Source: Flavobacteriaceae bacterium (GTDB taxonomy: Bacteria > Bacteroidota > Bacteroidia > Flavobacteriales > Flavobacteriaceae). From it: a DNA stretch of 64,000 bases. Below, piece after piece: positions 36,685 through 47,471 of this stretch. Each line of letters opens with the position of its first letter. Position 1 is the stretch's first letter. The position numbers were made by a program, and so were the translations under genes. Under the pieces are notes generated by a model that saw nothing but the letters and a program-made list of their open reading frames with translations, searched no databases and was not told the origin of the DNA. The DNA is taken from positions 22,431 through 86,430 of the forward strand of contig CANGUZ010000002.1 of NCBI GenBank assembly GCA_947457255.1, read 5' to 3'.

Positions 36685-39105
36685 ATGTTTTTTATGACTA
36701 ACTTTCGCTTATTAGTAGTGTTTTCTTTTGCTCTATTTCATTTAAAATCTTTCGGTCAAAAGAAAGTTTTACGTGCAATAACTTCGGGGAATATCACTGT
36801 AGATGGAAAGTTTGATGAGCCTATTTGGAATTATGCTCCAATAGCAACTGATTTTGTTATGTTTTCTCCTGATAATGGAAAACCCATTTCAAAAGAAAAG
36901 AAGACTGAGGTTCAAATAGTTTACAACGACGATGCCATCTATATTGCTGCAAAAATGTATGATGACGAACCCAATAAAATTCTTAAAGAAATAACGCAAA
37001 GAGATAATTTTGGAACAGCTGAAAACTTTGGAATTTTCATAAATGGCTTTAATGACAGTCAGCAAGATTTTAGATTTTATGTAAGCGCAGCAGGAGTTCA
37101 AGCTGATTGCATCTTTACTAATCAAAACGATGAAGATTTTACATGGGATGCCATTTGGGAAAGCAAAGCAAAAATGACCGATTATGGCTGGGTAGTAGAA
37201 ATGAAAATTCCCTATGCAGCGTTGCGTTTTTCAAATAAAAAACAACAAACTTGGGGCATTAATTTTTACCGTGAAATTCGGCGAGACAGACAAGCCTATA
37301 CTTGGAATTTTATAGATGCTACTATAGATAACGAAAGTGCACAATCAGGTATTCTAGAAGGTGTTGATGATATAGAAACTGCAACACGATTGTTTTTTAT
37401 TCCATATTCATCCTTTTATCTCAACTCCAATGATTCACAAAAAACTCTAGGACAATTCAAAGGAGGTTTAGATATAAAATATGGTATAAGTGACGCTTTT
37501 ACTTTAGATGCAATTTTAGTGCCCGATTTTGGACAAGTAAAATTTGATAATGTAATACTAAATTTAACTCCTTTTGAACAACAATTTACAGAAAACCGTC
37601 CTTTTTTTACAGAAGGAACTGATTTGTTTCAAAAAGGAGATTTATTTTACTCTAGAAGAATAGGCGAAAACAATACATCAGTCGAATTAAACGATGATGA
37701 GGAAATTATTGAAAATCCGAATTCAATCAATTTATTAAACGCTCTAAAAATTTCAGGTCGATCAAAAAGCGGTCTAGGTGTTGGGGTTTTAAATGCTATT
37801 ACTGAAAAAACAGATATTTCTATAAAAGACAACAATACCAATCAAACCAGAACCGCATTATTAGAACCACTAGCCAATTATAATGTTTTGGTTTTAGATC
37901 AACGTTTTAATCAAAATTCTTCTGTTTCTTTTGTAAATACTAATGTAACTCGTAAGGGAGAATTTCGAGATGCTAATGTTTCGGCAGCCGTTTGGGATCT
38001 AAACACCAAAGCCAACACTTATAATATGAGTGGTGATTTTAAGTATAGTTTTATTAATCAATCATTAGCCGATAACAAAACCGGTATAAACACTTCGCTG
38101 AACTTGGCTGAAACTTCTGGAAAATTCCGTTATGGAATTGGAGGAAGATACATTTCGAAAGATTTTGACAGTAATGATTTAGGGATTTTATTTCAAACTC
38201 ATTTTCATTCGCTAAATGCTAATGTAAGTTATCGGATTTTAAATCCTACAAAAAAATTCAACACCTTTTTTACTAGACTTAATCTTTACAGTGAATTTGA
38301 AAACAGAACAGGACTACTTCAAAATGGCAATATCGATTTAAGTATTGAAACAACAAGTCGTAAAAATGATTATTTAGCATACGGCATTTCTGCATCTCCC
38401 CTAAAAACCAATGATTTTTATGAACCCAGAAGTTTTAATGATTCTAAATTTTTAACTAATCCTGAAAGCATTCGTTTTTGGACTTATTTTTCCTCTAATT
38501 TTAACCGCCGTTTTGCTATCGATTTGAATGCACAATATAGAATTTTAAACGAAAAAAAGAGAGTAAATTATAGATTACTTTTTAACCCTAGATATCGTTT
38601 CAACAACCATTTTACATTGGTTTACGAACTTGATTTTTTAAGGCAAAACAATAATGTTGGTTCAGCTCAAGATTTTGATGATTTAAGCGTATTTACACGA
38701 CGCGATGTAATTTCGTATGGCAATTCGCTACAGGGAAAATATGCTTTAAACCATAATATGACTTTCAATTTATCAGTTCGCCATTATTGGGCATACGCAA
38801 AAAACAGACAGTTTTTAACCTTGATAGACGATGGTTCTGTAGTTGATAATGTAACGTATAACAAAAACATAGACTCAAATTTCAATACTTGGAATCTTGA
38901 TTTGTCATATATATGGTGGTTTGCTCCTGGAAGTCAAATTACAGTACTTTATAGAAATAATAATCTTTCTAATTTTACACAAGGAACTGATTTTAGCAAA
39001 GAACTTGGCAGAAATTTTAATGATGCCATTAGGAACGATAATTTAAATCATATTTTCTCTATTAGCATTCGCTATTTTATTGATTACAATTATTTGAAAA
39101 AATAA
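36685..39105 (+). CDS. CBM9/DUF5916 outer-membrane protein
   Basis: VDGKFDE, WDAIWES, EMKIPY..LRF, PDFGQV, ENRPFFTEG; start placed downstream of a TATTTTTG box. Confidence 0.8.
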   Translation: MFFMTNFRLLVVFSFALFHLKSFGQKKVLRAITSGNITVDGKFDEPIWNYAPIATDFVMFSPDNGKPISKEKKTEVQIVYNDDAIYIAAKMYDDEPNKILKEITQRDNFGTAENFGIFINGFNDSQQDFRFYVSAAGVQADCIFTNQNDEDFTWDAIWESKAKMTDYGWVVEMKIPYAALRFSNKKQQTWGINFYREIRRDRQAYTWNFIDATIDNESAQSGILEGVDDIETATRLFFIPYSSFYLNSNDSQKTLGQFKGGLDIKYGISDAFTLDAILVPDFGQVKFDNVILNLTPFEQQFTENRPFFTEGTDLFQKGDLFYSRRIGENNTSVELNDDEEIIENPNSINLLNALKISGRSKSGLGVGVLNAITEKTDISIKDNNTNQTRTALLEPLANYNVLVLDQRFNQNSSVSFVNTNVTRKGEFRDANVSAAVWDLNTKANTYNMSGDFKYSFINQSLADNKTGINTSLNLAETSGKFRYGIGGRYISKDFDSNDLGILFQTHFHSLNANVSYRILNPTKKFNTFFTRLNLYSEFENRTGLLQNGNIDLSIETTSRKNDYLAYGISASPLKTNDFYEPRSFNDSKFLTNPESIRFWTYFSSNFNRRFAIDLNAQYRILNEKKRVNYRLLFNPRYRFNNHFTLVYELDFLRQNNNVGSAQDFDDLSVFTRRDVISYGNSLQGKYALNHNMTFNLSVRHYWAYAKNRQFLTLIDDGSVVDNVTYNKNIDSNFNTWNLDLSYIWWFAPGSQITVLYRNNNLSNFTQGTDFSKELGRNFNDAIRNDNLNHIFSISIRYFIDYNYLKK

Positions 39106-39229
39106 TCCTTTTCCCTCTAAATAATTATCAAATTATCAATGGTAAATTTCATTCAAAAAAATTAAAATGCTTTATCTTTGTTCATTCTAAACCTAGGTTT
39201 ATATACCTATGAAATAAAAATAAAATATA

Positions 39230-40747
39230 ATGAACAAAAAAGTAATTTTAATGATTCTTGACGGATGGGGGAAATCTCCAGACCCTAAAGTTTCAGCTAT
39301 AGACAATGCGAATGTGCCGTTTATAAATTCGCTCTACACTAAATATGCAAGTGCACAATTAAGAACTGATGGTTTAAATGTAGGTTTACCCGAAGGTCAA
39401 ATGGGAAACAGCGAAGTAGGCCACATGAATCTTGGTGCAGGAAGAATTGTATACCAAGATTTAGCCAAAATAAATCTAGCGGTAGAGCACAAAACATTAA
39501 ATCAAGAACCTATACTTGTTGAAGCATTTCAATATGCAAAAGAAAAAAATGTAGACGTACACTTCCTAGGATTAGTTTCAGACGGTGGCGTGCATTCGCA
39601 CACTTCGCATCTTAGAGGATTAATCGATGCAACACAAGATTTCGGATTACAAAAAGTGTTTGTTCATGCTTTTACTGACGGTAGAGATGTTGATCCAAAA
39701 TCAGGAAAAAAATACATTCAAGATTTAGAAAATTATATAGCCAATACTACTGTAAAATTAGCTTCTGTAGTAGGTCGCTATTATGCAATGGACAGAGATA
39801 AACGCTGGGAAAGAGTTAAACTGGCTTATGATTTATTAGTAAACGGAACTGGAACTCATTCTAAAAACGCGGTTGAAAGTATCGAAGAAAGCTATAAAAA
39901 TAATGTTACTGATGAGTTCATTAACCCAATTATTGTTGTGAATGAAAACGACAAACCATTGGCAACCATAAAAGAAAATGATGTTGTTATTTTCTTTAAC
40001 TTTAGAACTGACAGAGGAAGAGAACTTACAGAAACGCTTTCTCAAAAAGATTTTCACGAGCAAAACATGCATAAACTCAATTTATATTATGTTACGTTAA
40101 CTAACTATGACGAAACGTATCAAAATGTAAAAGTCGTTTACAACAAAGATAACATAACAGAAACATTAGGCGAGGTTATAGAAAAAGCTGGCAAAAAACA
40201 AATTCGAATTGCCGAAACAGAAAAATATCCACACGTAACATTCTTTTTTTCTGGTGGTAGAGAATTGCCTTTTGAAGGCGAAAGCAGAATTCTTAAAAAC
40301 TCTCCCAAAGTAGCTACCTACGATTTACAACCCGAAATGAGCGCTTACGAATTAGCCGATGCCTTAGTTCCAGAGTTGAATAAAGGCGAAGTAGATTTTG
40401 TTTGTCTGAATTTTGCAAATGGTGATATGGTAGGGCATACAGGAGTTATGGAAGCGGCAATAAAAGCTTGCGAAGCTGTAGACAAATGTGTAGAAAAAGT
40501 AGTAACGGCCGCTTTAGCAAACAACTACACGACCTTAATAATTGCCGATCATGGGAACTGTGAAACCATGATTAATCCTGACGGAAGCCCAAACACCGCT
40601 CATACCACAAACCCAGTTCCTATCATTTTGGTAGACAATGAATTAAAACAAATTCACGATGGTGTTTTAGGAGATTTAGCACCAACTATTTTAGATTTAA
40701 TGGGAATTGAAAAACCAGAAGTAATGACAAGACATTCGTTGCTTTAG
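39230..40747 (+). CDS. gpmI: 2,3-BPG-independent phosphoglycerate mutase
   Basis: ILDGWG, QMGNSEVGH, GRYYAMDRD, DMVGHTG, ADHGN. Confidence 0.97.
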   Translation: MNKKVILMILDGWGKSPDPKVSAIDNANVPFINSLYTKYASAQLRTDGLNVGLPEGQMGNSEVGHMNLGAGRIVYQDLAKINLAVEHKTLNQEPILVEAFQYAKEKNVDVHFLGLVSDGGVHSHTSHLRGLIDATQDFGLQKVFVHAFTDGRDVDPKSGKKYIQDLENYIANTTVKLASVVGRYYAMDRDKRWERVKLAYDLLVNGTGTHSKNAVESIEESYKNNVTDEFINPIIVVNENDKPLATIKENDVVIFFNFRTDRGRELTETLSQKDFHEQNMHKLNLYYVTLTNYDETYQNVKVVYNKDNITETLGEVIEKAGKKQIRIAETEKYPHVTFFFSGGRELPFEGESRILKNSPKVATYDLQPEMSAYELADALVPELNKGEVDFVCLNFANGDMVGHTGVMEAAIKACEAVDKCVEKVVTAALANNYTTLIIADHGNCETMINPDGSPNTAHTTNPVPIILVDNELKQIHDGVLGDLAPTILDLMGIEKPEVMTRHSLL

Positions 40748-40828
40748 ATATTATATGGGTAGCGAACTACATATTTAAAATGCTACGATAATTAAATGGA
40801 TTAAAATGATTACCATAGTATGTTAATT

Positions 40829-40855
40829 TAAAAAGCTCCTTTCGGAGCTTTTTAA
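40829..40855. terminator. Bidirectional terminator
   Basis: TAAAAAGCTCC/GGAGCTTTTTA. Confidence 0.85.
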
Positions 40856-40858
40856 ATT

Positions 40859-42133
40859 TCATAAACCATTTACCAAATTAAAATACTCTTTTTCAATCGA
40901 TTCTTGATGATTAGGGTGGGCAATTTTTACCATTTCGACAGCACGTTGTTTTAGGGTTTTTCCATACAAATCGGCAATCCCATTTTCAGTAATTATATAT
41001 TGCACATGTGCTCTGGTTGAAACTACTCCAGCACCTTGTTTGAGATAAGGAACAATTCTGCTTTCTCCTCTTTTAGTTATAGAAGGCAATGCTATAATTG
41101 CTTTTCCTCCAGGACTTAAGGATGCTCCGCGAATAAAATCCATTTGACCTCCAACACCTGAGTACATTTGGCACCCTATAGAATCAGCACATACCTGACC
41201 TGTAATATCTACTTCTATAGCTGAATTGATGGCTACCATTTTAGGGTTTTTCCTAATTCTTGCAGTATCATTAACTATTGAAGATTCTTTCATTTCAATA
41301 AATGGATTGTCATTTACAAAATCATACAATCTTTTTGAACCGACTAAAAAAGTTGCTAATGCACGCCCTCTTGAAGTTCCTTTATAGTTACAATTAATGA
41401 CATCGTTTTTAATCAAATCTATAACCCCATCAGAGAACATCTCCGTGTGTAAACCTAAGTTTTTATGGTTCGTTAATTTGGTTAATGCAGCATTTGGAAT
41501 AGAACCAATCCCCATTTGCAAAGTACTTTTATCTTCAATCAAAGAGGCAATATAGGTTCCTATTTTATCTTCCAAAGGAGAAATGGCATCCATTTCGTGA
41601 CCAAAAATTGGCAAATCAACATCTACTAAATAATCAATCTCTGAAACATGTAAAATTCCATCGCCAAAAGTTCTTGGCATTTGAGGATTTACTTGAGCAA
41701 TAACCGTTTTTGCATTTTCAATTGCAGCAAGTGTAGCCTCAACCGAAACTCCAAGCGAACAATAGCCGTGAATGTCTGGTGGTGAAACATGAATAAAAAC
41801 AACATCTAAATGCAATACTTTTTTACGAAATAAATAAGGTAATTCACTCAAAAAAACTGGAGTATAAGAACCATTCCCAGCAGCTAGTGTATGACGTACA
41901 TTTTTACCTATAAAAAAAGAATTTACATGAAAACTTTCGGCCAACTCAGGATTAGCATATGGAGCTGGCCCCTCAGTGTGTAAATGGCAAACCTCTACGT
42001 TTTTTAACTCTGAAGCTCTTTCAGAAAGTGCTTTTGTTAAAATTGTAGGACAAGCGGCTGCGGCTTGAACATAAACTCTATTGTTTGATTGAACAATTTT
42101 TACAGCCTCTTCTGCGGTTAAATACTTTCCCAT
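40859..42133 (-). CDS. Acetyl-CoA hydrolase/CoA-transferase family
   Basis: LQMGIGSIP, HTEMFSDG, SGVGGQMDF, ITENGIADL. Confidence 0.92.
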   Translation of the reverse strand: MGKYLTAEEAVKIVQSNNRVYVQAAAACPTILTKALSERASELKNVEVCHLHTEGPAPYANPELAESFHVNSFFIGKNVRHTLAAGNGSYTPVFLSELPYLFRKKVLHLDVVFIHVSPPDIHGYCSLGVSVEATLAAIENAKTVIAQVNPQMPRTFGDGILHVSEIDYLVDVDLPIFGHEMDAISPLEDKIGTYIASLIEDKSTLQMGIGSIPNAALTKLTNHKNLGLHTEMFSDGVIDLIKNDVINCNYKGTSRGRALATFLVGSKRLYDFVNDNPFIEMKESSIVNDTARIRKNPKMVAINSAIEVDITGQVCADSIGCQMYSGVGGQMDFIRGASLSPGGKAIIALPSITKRGESRIVPYLKQGAGVVSTRAHVQYIITENGIADLYGKTLKQRAVEMVKIAHPNHQESIEKEYFNLVNGL

Positions 42134-42257
42134 AATTCATTTAATTTTAATCAAAAATAGAACTTAAATGAGAATTTAAACATGATAAAACTCATGTCTT
42201 AAATTTTTATAGAATGATTCTTTAAATAGTTATAAATAAAAGTTAAAATTTCATTAT

Positions 42258-42280
42258 TAATAGTAATACTATTATATTTG
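42258..42280 (+). promoter_or_regulatory. Operator palindrome overlapping the -7 box of the LRR operon
   Basis: TAATAGT-AAT-ACTATTA followed by an overlapping TATATTTG. Confidence 0.7.
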
Positions 42281-42317
42281 TACGGTAAAATATTACTTAA
42301 ACTCTAAATGTTAAATT

Positions 42318-42962
42318 ATGAAAACTATATATTTATTTATTTTTGTTTTGAGTTTGTTTAATCATAACAATTCAGTAGGTCAAGTAGATTCTCTTGCAAT
42401 CAAAAAAGAATATGTCAATATTGAAGAGGCTTTAAAAAATCCTGAAAAAGTATTTCGATTAAATTTAAGCAATCAAAAAATTGAGATTAAATCTATTTCA
42501 TGGGATAAATTCGTTAATTTAGAATACTTAAGTTTTAAAAATGACCATTTAAAAGAGGTGCCTAAAGAAATTAAAAATCTAAAAAAATTAAAAGTTTTGG
42601 ATTTGAGCGGTAATGATTTTAAAATATTACCTAAAGAATTTAGTCAACTTTCAAATTTAGAAGAACTTTTCTTAAATGATGAAAAAAACTTAAAGTTAGA
42701 GGAAAACATAGAGGTAATAAGTTTGTTACCCCATCTAAGGATTCTACATTTAGAAAATGACAATCTTACTCAATTACCTAAAAACTTTTTCAAACTCAAA
42801 AGCATTGAATCTTTATATTTAAATAATAACTTCTTTAAAGAAATTCCAGTAGAAGTAAGAGGGCTAAATCAGTTGAACTTTTTAGATTTAAATAATAATA
42901 AAATCAAGCATGAACTTCAAGATATAAAGAATTTAAATTTTGGATTTAAAATAAATTTTTAA
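42318..42962 (+). CDS. Exported leucine-rich-repeat protein
   Basis: About seven 23-25 aa LxxLxLxxN repeats, N-cap EEALKNP, signal peptide. Confidence 0.88.
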   Translation: MKTIYLFIFVLSLFNHNNSVGQVDSLAIKKEYVNIEEALKNPEKVFRLNLSNQKIEIKSISWDKFVNLEYLSFKNDHLKEVPKEIKNLKKLKVLDLSGNDFKILPKEFSQLSNLEELFLNDEKNLKLEENIEVISLLPHLRILHLENDNLTQLPKNFFKLKSIESLYLNNNFFKEIPVEVRGLNQLNFLDLNNNKIKHELQDIKNLNFGFKINF

Positions 42963-42984
42963 AAACTAGATATCGATAAGCATC

Positions 42985-43752
42985 ATGAAATTAAAGTTTT
43001 TAGCACCCTTGTTATTAGTTTTTACAATCGGTTTTTCTCAAAACACTAGAATTACTGACAATAATTCTATTGGTTGGTATGCTTTTACCGGAACATTCAT
43101 GTTAAATAAAAAATTAGGAATCCATTCAGAATACCAATGGCGTAGAGATGAACTAATTACAAATTGGCAACAAAGCCTTTTGAGAGTGGGAGTAAATTAT
43201 CAACTGAATCAGAAAATTCAACTTCGTTTGGGCTATGCTTGGATAGAAACCTTTCCTTATGGAGATATTCCTTTAAACAGTTTTGGTAAAGACTTTACTG
43301 AACATAGAAGTTTTCAAATGGCTACAATAAGTGACAAAGTTTCTGTTGTAGACCTTTCACATCGATTTATGTTAGAACAAAGATGGGTAGGACGGTATAC
43401 TAATGCTAATTTAAATTCTGAAGACGATTATCTCTTCATGAATAGATTTCGATATATGTTTAGAGCACAAATTCCTTTAAAGGGAAAAACGATTGCCGAC
43501 AAAACTCCTTATTTCGCTATTTATGACGAAGTTTTTATTGGTTTTGGAGAAAATGTTAACGAAAATGTTTTTGATCAAAACCGATTGGGTTTAGTTTTTG
43601 GTTATAGATTTAATAAGTCTTTTCGAATGGAAGCAGGTTATTTAAATCAAATTTTACAATTGGGACGAGAGGTATCGGGCAGAAATGTATTTCAAAACAA
43701 TAATGGCGTCATTGTAAATACTGTATTTAATTTTGATTTAAGCAAAAAATAA
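42985..43752 (+). CDS. DUF2490 outer-membrane beta-barrel
   Basis: QQSLLRVG, EHR, HRFMLEQR, RFRY, DEVF, FDQNR. Confidence 0.85.
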   Translation: MKLKFLAPLLLVFTIGFSQNTRITDNNSIGWYAFTGTFMLNKKLGIHSEYQWRRDELITNWQQSLLRVGVNYQLNQKIQLRLGYAWIETFPYGDIPLNSFGKDFTEHRSFQMATISDKVSVVDLSHRFMLEQRWVGRYTNANLNSEDDYLFMNRFRYMFRAQIPLKGKTIADKTPYFAIYDEVFIGFGENVNENVFDQNRLGLVFGYRFNKSFRMEAGYLNQILQLGREVSGRNVFQNNNGVIVNTVFNFDLSKK

Positions 43753-43778
43753 TTTTAAATAATTATTCAACAATCCAT

Positions 43779-44456
43779 ATGGACCATTTATTAGCAAATA
43801 TAAAAATTCAGGTCAACAGCAAAATCTATGTAAAAGATCCTGAAACTTCTGTTTTAGGCAAAAAAATCATTCAACAAAGTATACTACTTATTAACGAAAT
43901 TGGTTTTGAAGAATTTACCTTTAAAAAACTAGGTGACTTGATTGGCTCTAACGAAAGTTCTATTTATAGGTATTTTGAAAATAAACACAAATTATTAGTT
44001 TATCTTTCCTCGTGGTATTGGAGTTGGATGGAGTATCGATTAGTTTTTGCTACAAATAATATCTTTGATTCTTTTGATAAGCTAAAAAAAGCAATTACTA
44101 TTGTAACTGAAAAAATAGAAGACGATTTTAAAACAGAACATATAAACGAATCTATTTTAAACAAAATAATTATTACTGAATTCACTAAAACACTTCATAA
44201 CAAAGAAGTTGACAATGAAAACAAAGAAGGATTTTTTATCATTTATAAAAGAGTAATAAATAGAATGGTCATAATGATTCAAGAAGTAAATCCAAATTAT
44301 ATATTTGCTAAAAGTTTAGCTTCAAACATTGTTGAAGGAGCATTGCATCAACATTTTTTAAAAAATCATTTAAAATCAATAACAGACTGTAATGAAATAG
44401 TAACTCCAACCCATTTTTATATCAATTTAGTTGAAACAACGTTAAAAAATAAATAG
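43779..44456 (+). CDS. TetR/AcrR family regulator
   Basis: GFEEFTFKKLG, ESSIYRYFENK. Confidence 0.9.
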   Translation: MDHLLANIKIQVNSKIYVKDPETSVLGKKIIQQSILLINEIGFEEFTFKKLGDLIGSNESSIYRYFENKHKLLVYLSSWYWSWMEYRLVFATNNIFDSFDKLKKAITIVTEKIEDDFKTEHINESILNKIIITEFTKTLHNKEVDNENKEGFFIIYKRVINRMVIMIQEVNPNYIFAKSLASNIVEGALHQHFLKNHLKSITDCNEIVTPTHFYINLVETTLKNK

Positions 44457-44457
44457 A

Positions 44458-46116
44458 ATGACACCATTAAAACGATTTTATGACCTTTTAAGTTTAGATA
44501 AAAAAGATGTAACCCAAATCTTTTTTTATGCTATTTTTTCAGGATTGGTAAGCCTTTCTCTCCCCCTAGGAATTCAGGCAATTATAAACTTTATACAGTC
44601 AGGAAGAATTAGTACTTCTTGGATAGTATTAGTATTCTTAGTCGTACTTGGTGTTGTTTTTGTAGGGATTTTATCTTTAATGCAATTAAGAATTACTGAA
44701 AATTTGCAACAAAAAATATTTGTTCGTTCTTCATTCGATTTTGCATACCGATTGCCAAAAATCAAATTCGAAGACATCTATAATGTGTATCCTCCTGAAT
44801 TAGCGAACCGTTTTTTTGATACTATTTCAATACAAAAAGGCACATCAAAATTATTAATTGATTTTTCGGCCGCATTATTACAAATACTTTTTGGAATTAT
44901 CTTGCTTTCTTTATACCATCCTTTTTTCATTATTTTTGGATTGTTTTTGTTTATCTTATTGTACTCTATCTTTAAATTTTCATATAAACCTGGACTTGAG
45001 AGTAGTTTGTATGAATCAAAATACAAGTATAAGGCCGCAAGTTGGCTTCAAGAAATTGCTAGAAATAATTTTAGTTTTAGAAAACAACTTAACTTTGATT
45101 TTGCACTACAAAAAAATGATCATTTAGTCAGTGATTATTTAACATATCGAGAAAAACATTTTAATGTTATCAAGAGGCAATTTACTCAACTTATTATTTT
45201 TAAATCGATAATTACTGCTAGTTTATTGCTTATTGGCGGGTTTTTAGTTATTAATCAACAAATGAATATAGGACAATTTGTTGCAGCTGAAATCATTATT
45301 TTATTGGTGATTAATTCTGTTGAAAAAATAGTAGTAGGATTAGAAACTTTCTATGATGTTTTAACGTCAATAGAAAAAATTGGTCAGGTAACGGATATGA
45401 ATGTTGAAAATGAAACTGGTAAAATTATTACAGACTGTTTTTTTAATATTTCTTTAGAAACAGAAAATTTAAAATTTAAATTTCCGAACGCTACAGATAA
45501 CGTATTAAATAATATTACACTAGCAGTAGATCAAGGAGAAAAAATTATTATAAACGGAGAAAACGGATCAGGAAAAACTACTTTAATCCGTTTACTTTCT
45601 GGATTAATTCAGCCTACATCAGGGTCCTTTACAATCAATGATGACACCTTCAATAAAATTGATCTAAAACAATATCGTTCTCATATTGGATCTATTATAC
45701 AAGGAGAAACTCCTTTTGAAGGAACTATTTTAGAGAACATAACATTTAATAATCCAGCGATAACTCAGGAAGACATAAAATGGGCTTTAGATGCAGTACA
45801 ACTTACTCCATATATCAAAACCTTAAATAACGGATTAGACACTCATATTTTTCCAGAAGGCAAACAATTATCTTCATCAAATGCTCAAAAAATTCTCTTG
45901 GCTAGAAGCATTATTAGCAAGCCAAGAATACTGTTTTTAGAAGACCCAACTGATAAAATGGACGAAAAAGTGGCAAATGAAATTATAGAATTTATCTTGT
46001 CTAGCAAAAATAAATGGACAGTTTTTGTGTCATCTAAAAACAAACATTGGCAAAATAATTGCACAAGAGAAATCGTTATGAAAGAAGGAGAAATTTTAAA
46101 AGACCAAAAAAGATAA
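44458..46116 (+). CDS. T1SS-type ABC exporter with degenerate NBD
   Basis: TMD plus NBD; Walker A GENGSGKT; signature LSSSN; Walker B LFLED. Confidence 0.85.
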   Translation: MTPLKRFYDLLSLDKKDVTQIFFYAIFSGLVSLSLPLGIQAIINFIQSGRISTSWIVLVFLVVLGVVFVGILSLMQLRITENLQQKIFVRSSFDFAYRLPKIKFEDIYNVYPPELANRFFDTISIQKGTSKLLIDFSAALLQILFGIILLSLYHPFFIIFGLFLFILLYSIFKFSYKPGLESSLYESKYKYKAASWLQEIARNNFSFRKQLNFDFALQKNDHLVSDYLTYREKHFNVIKRQFTQLIIFKSIITASLLLIGGFLVINQQMNIGQFVAAEIIILLVINSVEKIVVGLETFYDVLTSIEKIGQVTDMNVENETGKIITDCFFNISLETENLKFKFPNATDNVLNNITLAVDQGEKIIINGENGSGKTTLIRLLSGLIQPTSGSFTINDDTFNKIDLKQYRSHIGSIIQGETPFEGTILENITFNNPAITQEDIKWALDAVQLTPYIKTLNNGLDTHIFPEGKQLSSSNAQKILLARSIISKPRILFLEDPTDKMDEKVANEIIEFILSSKNKWTVFVSSKNKHWQNNCTREIVMKEGEILKDQKR

Positions 46117-46121
46117 TATCT

Positions 46122-47471
46122 ATGCTTAATTTATCACAAATAAACAAAACAGATCAAAAATTATTAGGTCAATACTCTACCATTAAAAATTTAGCAAATA
46201 GACCTCATTACAAAATTTTAAATCGAATAATTGCTATATTTTCTATAGTTGCAGTGCTCTTTTTATTTGTTCCTTGGACACAAAACATTTCGGGAACTGG
46301 AGCTGTAACAACATTAAAGCCTAATCAGAGACCTCAAACCATACAGTCACTAATTTCAGGAAGAATAGAAAAATGGTATGTTCAAGAAGGTGATTTTGTA
46401 AAAAAAGGCGACACTATTTTATTTATATCTGAGATAAAAGAAGATTATTTAGATCCTAATTTGGTAAAAAACACTAAAGACCAAATGGATGCAAAAAAAA
46501 TGTCTGTTGAATCTTATTCAGGAAAAGTAACCACTTTGTCTTCCCAAATTCAATTTATCGAAAATGAAAAAAGATTAAAACTAGAACAAGCACGTAATAA
46601 AATTCGTCAATCCATTTTAAAAGTAACTAGTGACAGTATCGATTTAGTTGCGGTTAAAACTCAAGTAAAAATTGCAAATACCCAATTTAATCGTGCGGTT
46701 CAGTTAAATAAAGACGGTCTTAAACCATTAACTGATGTCGAAGAAAAAAGATTGAAATTACAAGATGTTGATGCCAAAATAATTACTCAAGAAAACAAAC
46801 TTTTAACTAGTAAAAATGAGTTAATAAATGCTCGAGTAGAAATTAACAGAATTATTGCTGAATATGATGAAAAAGGTGCTAAAGCAAGAAGCGACCAGTT
46901 TACAGCGCTAAGTAATCAGTTTGATACAAAAGCTCAAGTAAACAAACTCGAAAATCAATATGCCAATTACAGCATTAGAAACGGAATGTATTATATTAAA
47001 GCGCCACAAAACGGGTATGTAAACCGCGCCTTACAATCGGGAATTGGAGAAAACATTAAAGAAGGAACATCAATTGTAAGTATTATGCCTTCAATTTATG
47101 ATATCGCCGTAGAAACATATATAACTCCTTTAGATTTGCCATTAATAAAAAAAGGAGAGAAAGTTCGTGTTTGGTTTGATGGCTGGCCTACTATCGTGTT
47201 TTCAGGCTGGCCAGATATGTCATACGGAACCTTTGGAGGAAAAATAGTTGCAGTAGAAAATTTTATTAGTGATAATGGTAAATTTAGAGTGTTAATTGCA
47301 CCAGATAAGGATGAAGAAAAATGGCCAAAACAATTAAGTATAGGTGCTGGCGCACAAACAATAGCATTATTAAACGATGTCCCTATTTGGTTTGAGTTAT
47401 GGAGAACCTTAAATGGTTTCCCTCCAAACTATTACAATCCAACTACAAAAACATCAAAAGAAAAAAAGTAA
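46122..47471 (+). CDS. HlyD family periplasmic adaptor
   Basis: TM helix, VQEGDFVKKGD, coiled coil, IKAPQNG. Confidence 0.9.
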   Translation: MLNLSQINKTDQKLLGQYSTIKNLANRPHYKILNRIIAIFSIVAVLFLFVPWTQNISGTGAVTTLKPNQRPQTIQSLISGRIEKWYVQEGDFVKKGDTILFISEIKEDYLDPNLVKNTKDQMDAKKMSVESYSGKVTTLSSQIQFIENEKRLKLEQARNKIRQSILKVTSDSIDLVAVKTQVKIANTQFNRAVQLNKDGLKPLTDVEEKRLKLQDVDAKIITQENKLLTSKNELINARVEINRIIAEYDEKGAKARSDQFTALSNQFDTKAQVNKLENQYANYSIRNGMYYIKAPQNGYVNRALQSGIGENIKEGTSIVSIMPSIYDIAVETYITPLDLPLIKKGEKVRVWFDGWPTIVFSGWPDMSYGTFGGKIVAVENFISDNGKFRVLIAPDKDEEKWPKQLSIGAGAQTIALLNDVPIWFELWRTLNGFPPNYYNPTTKTSKEKK

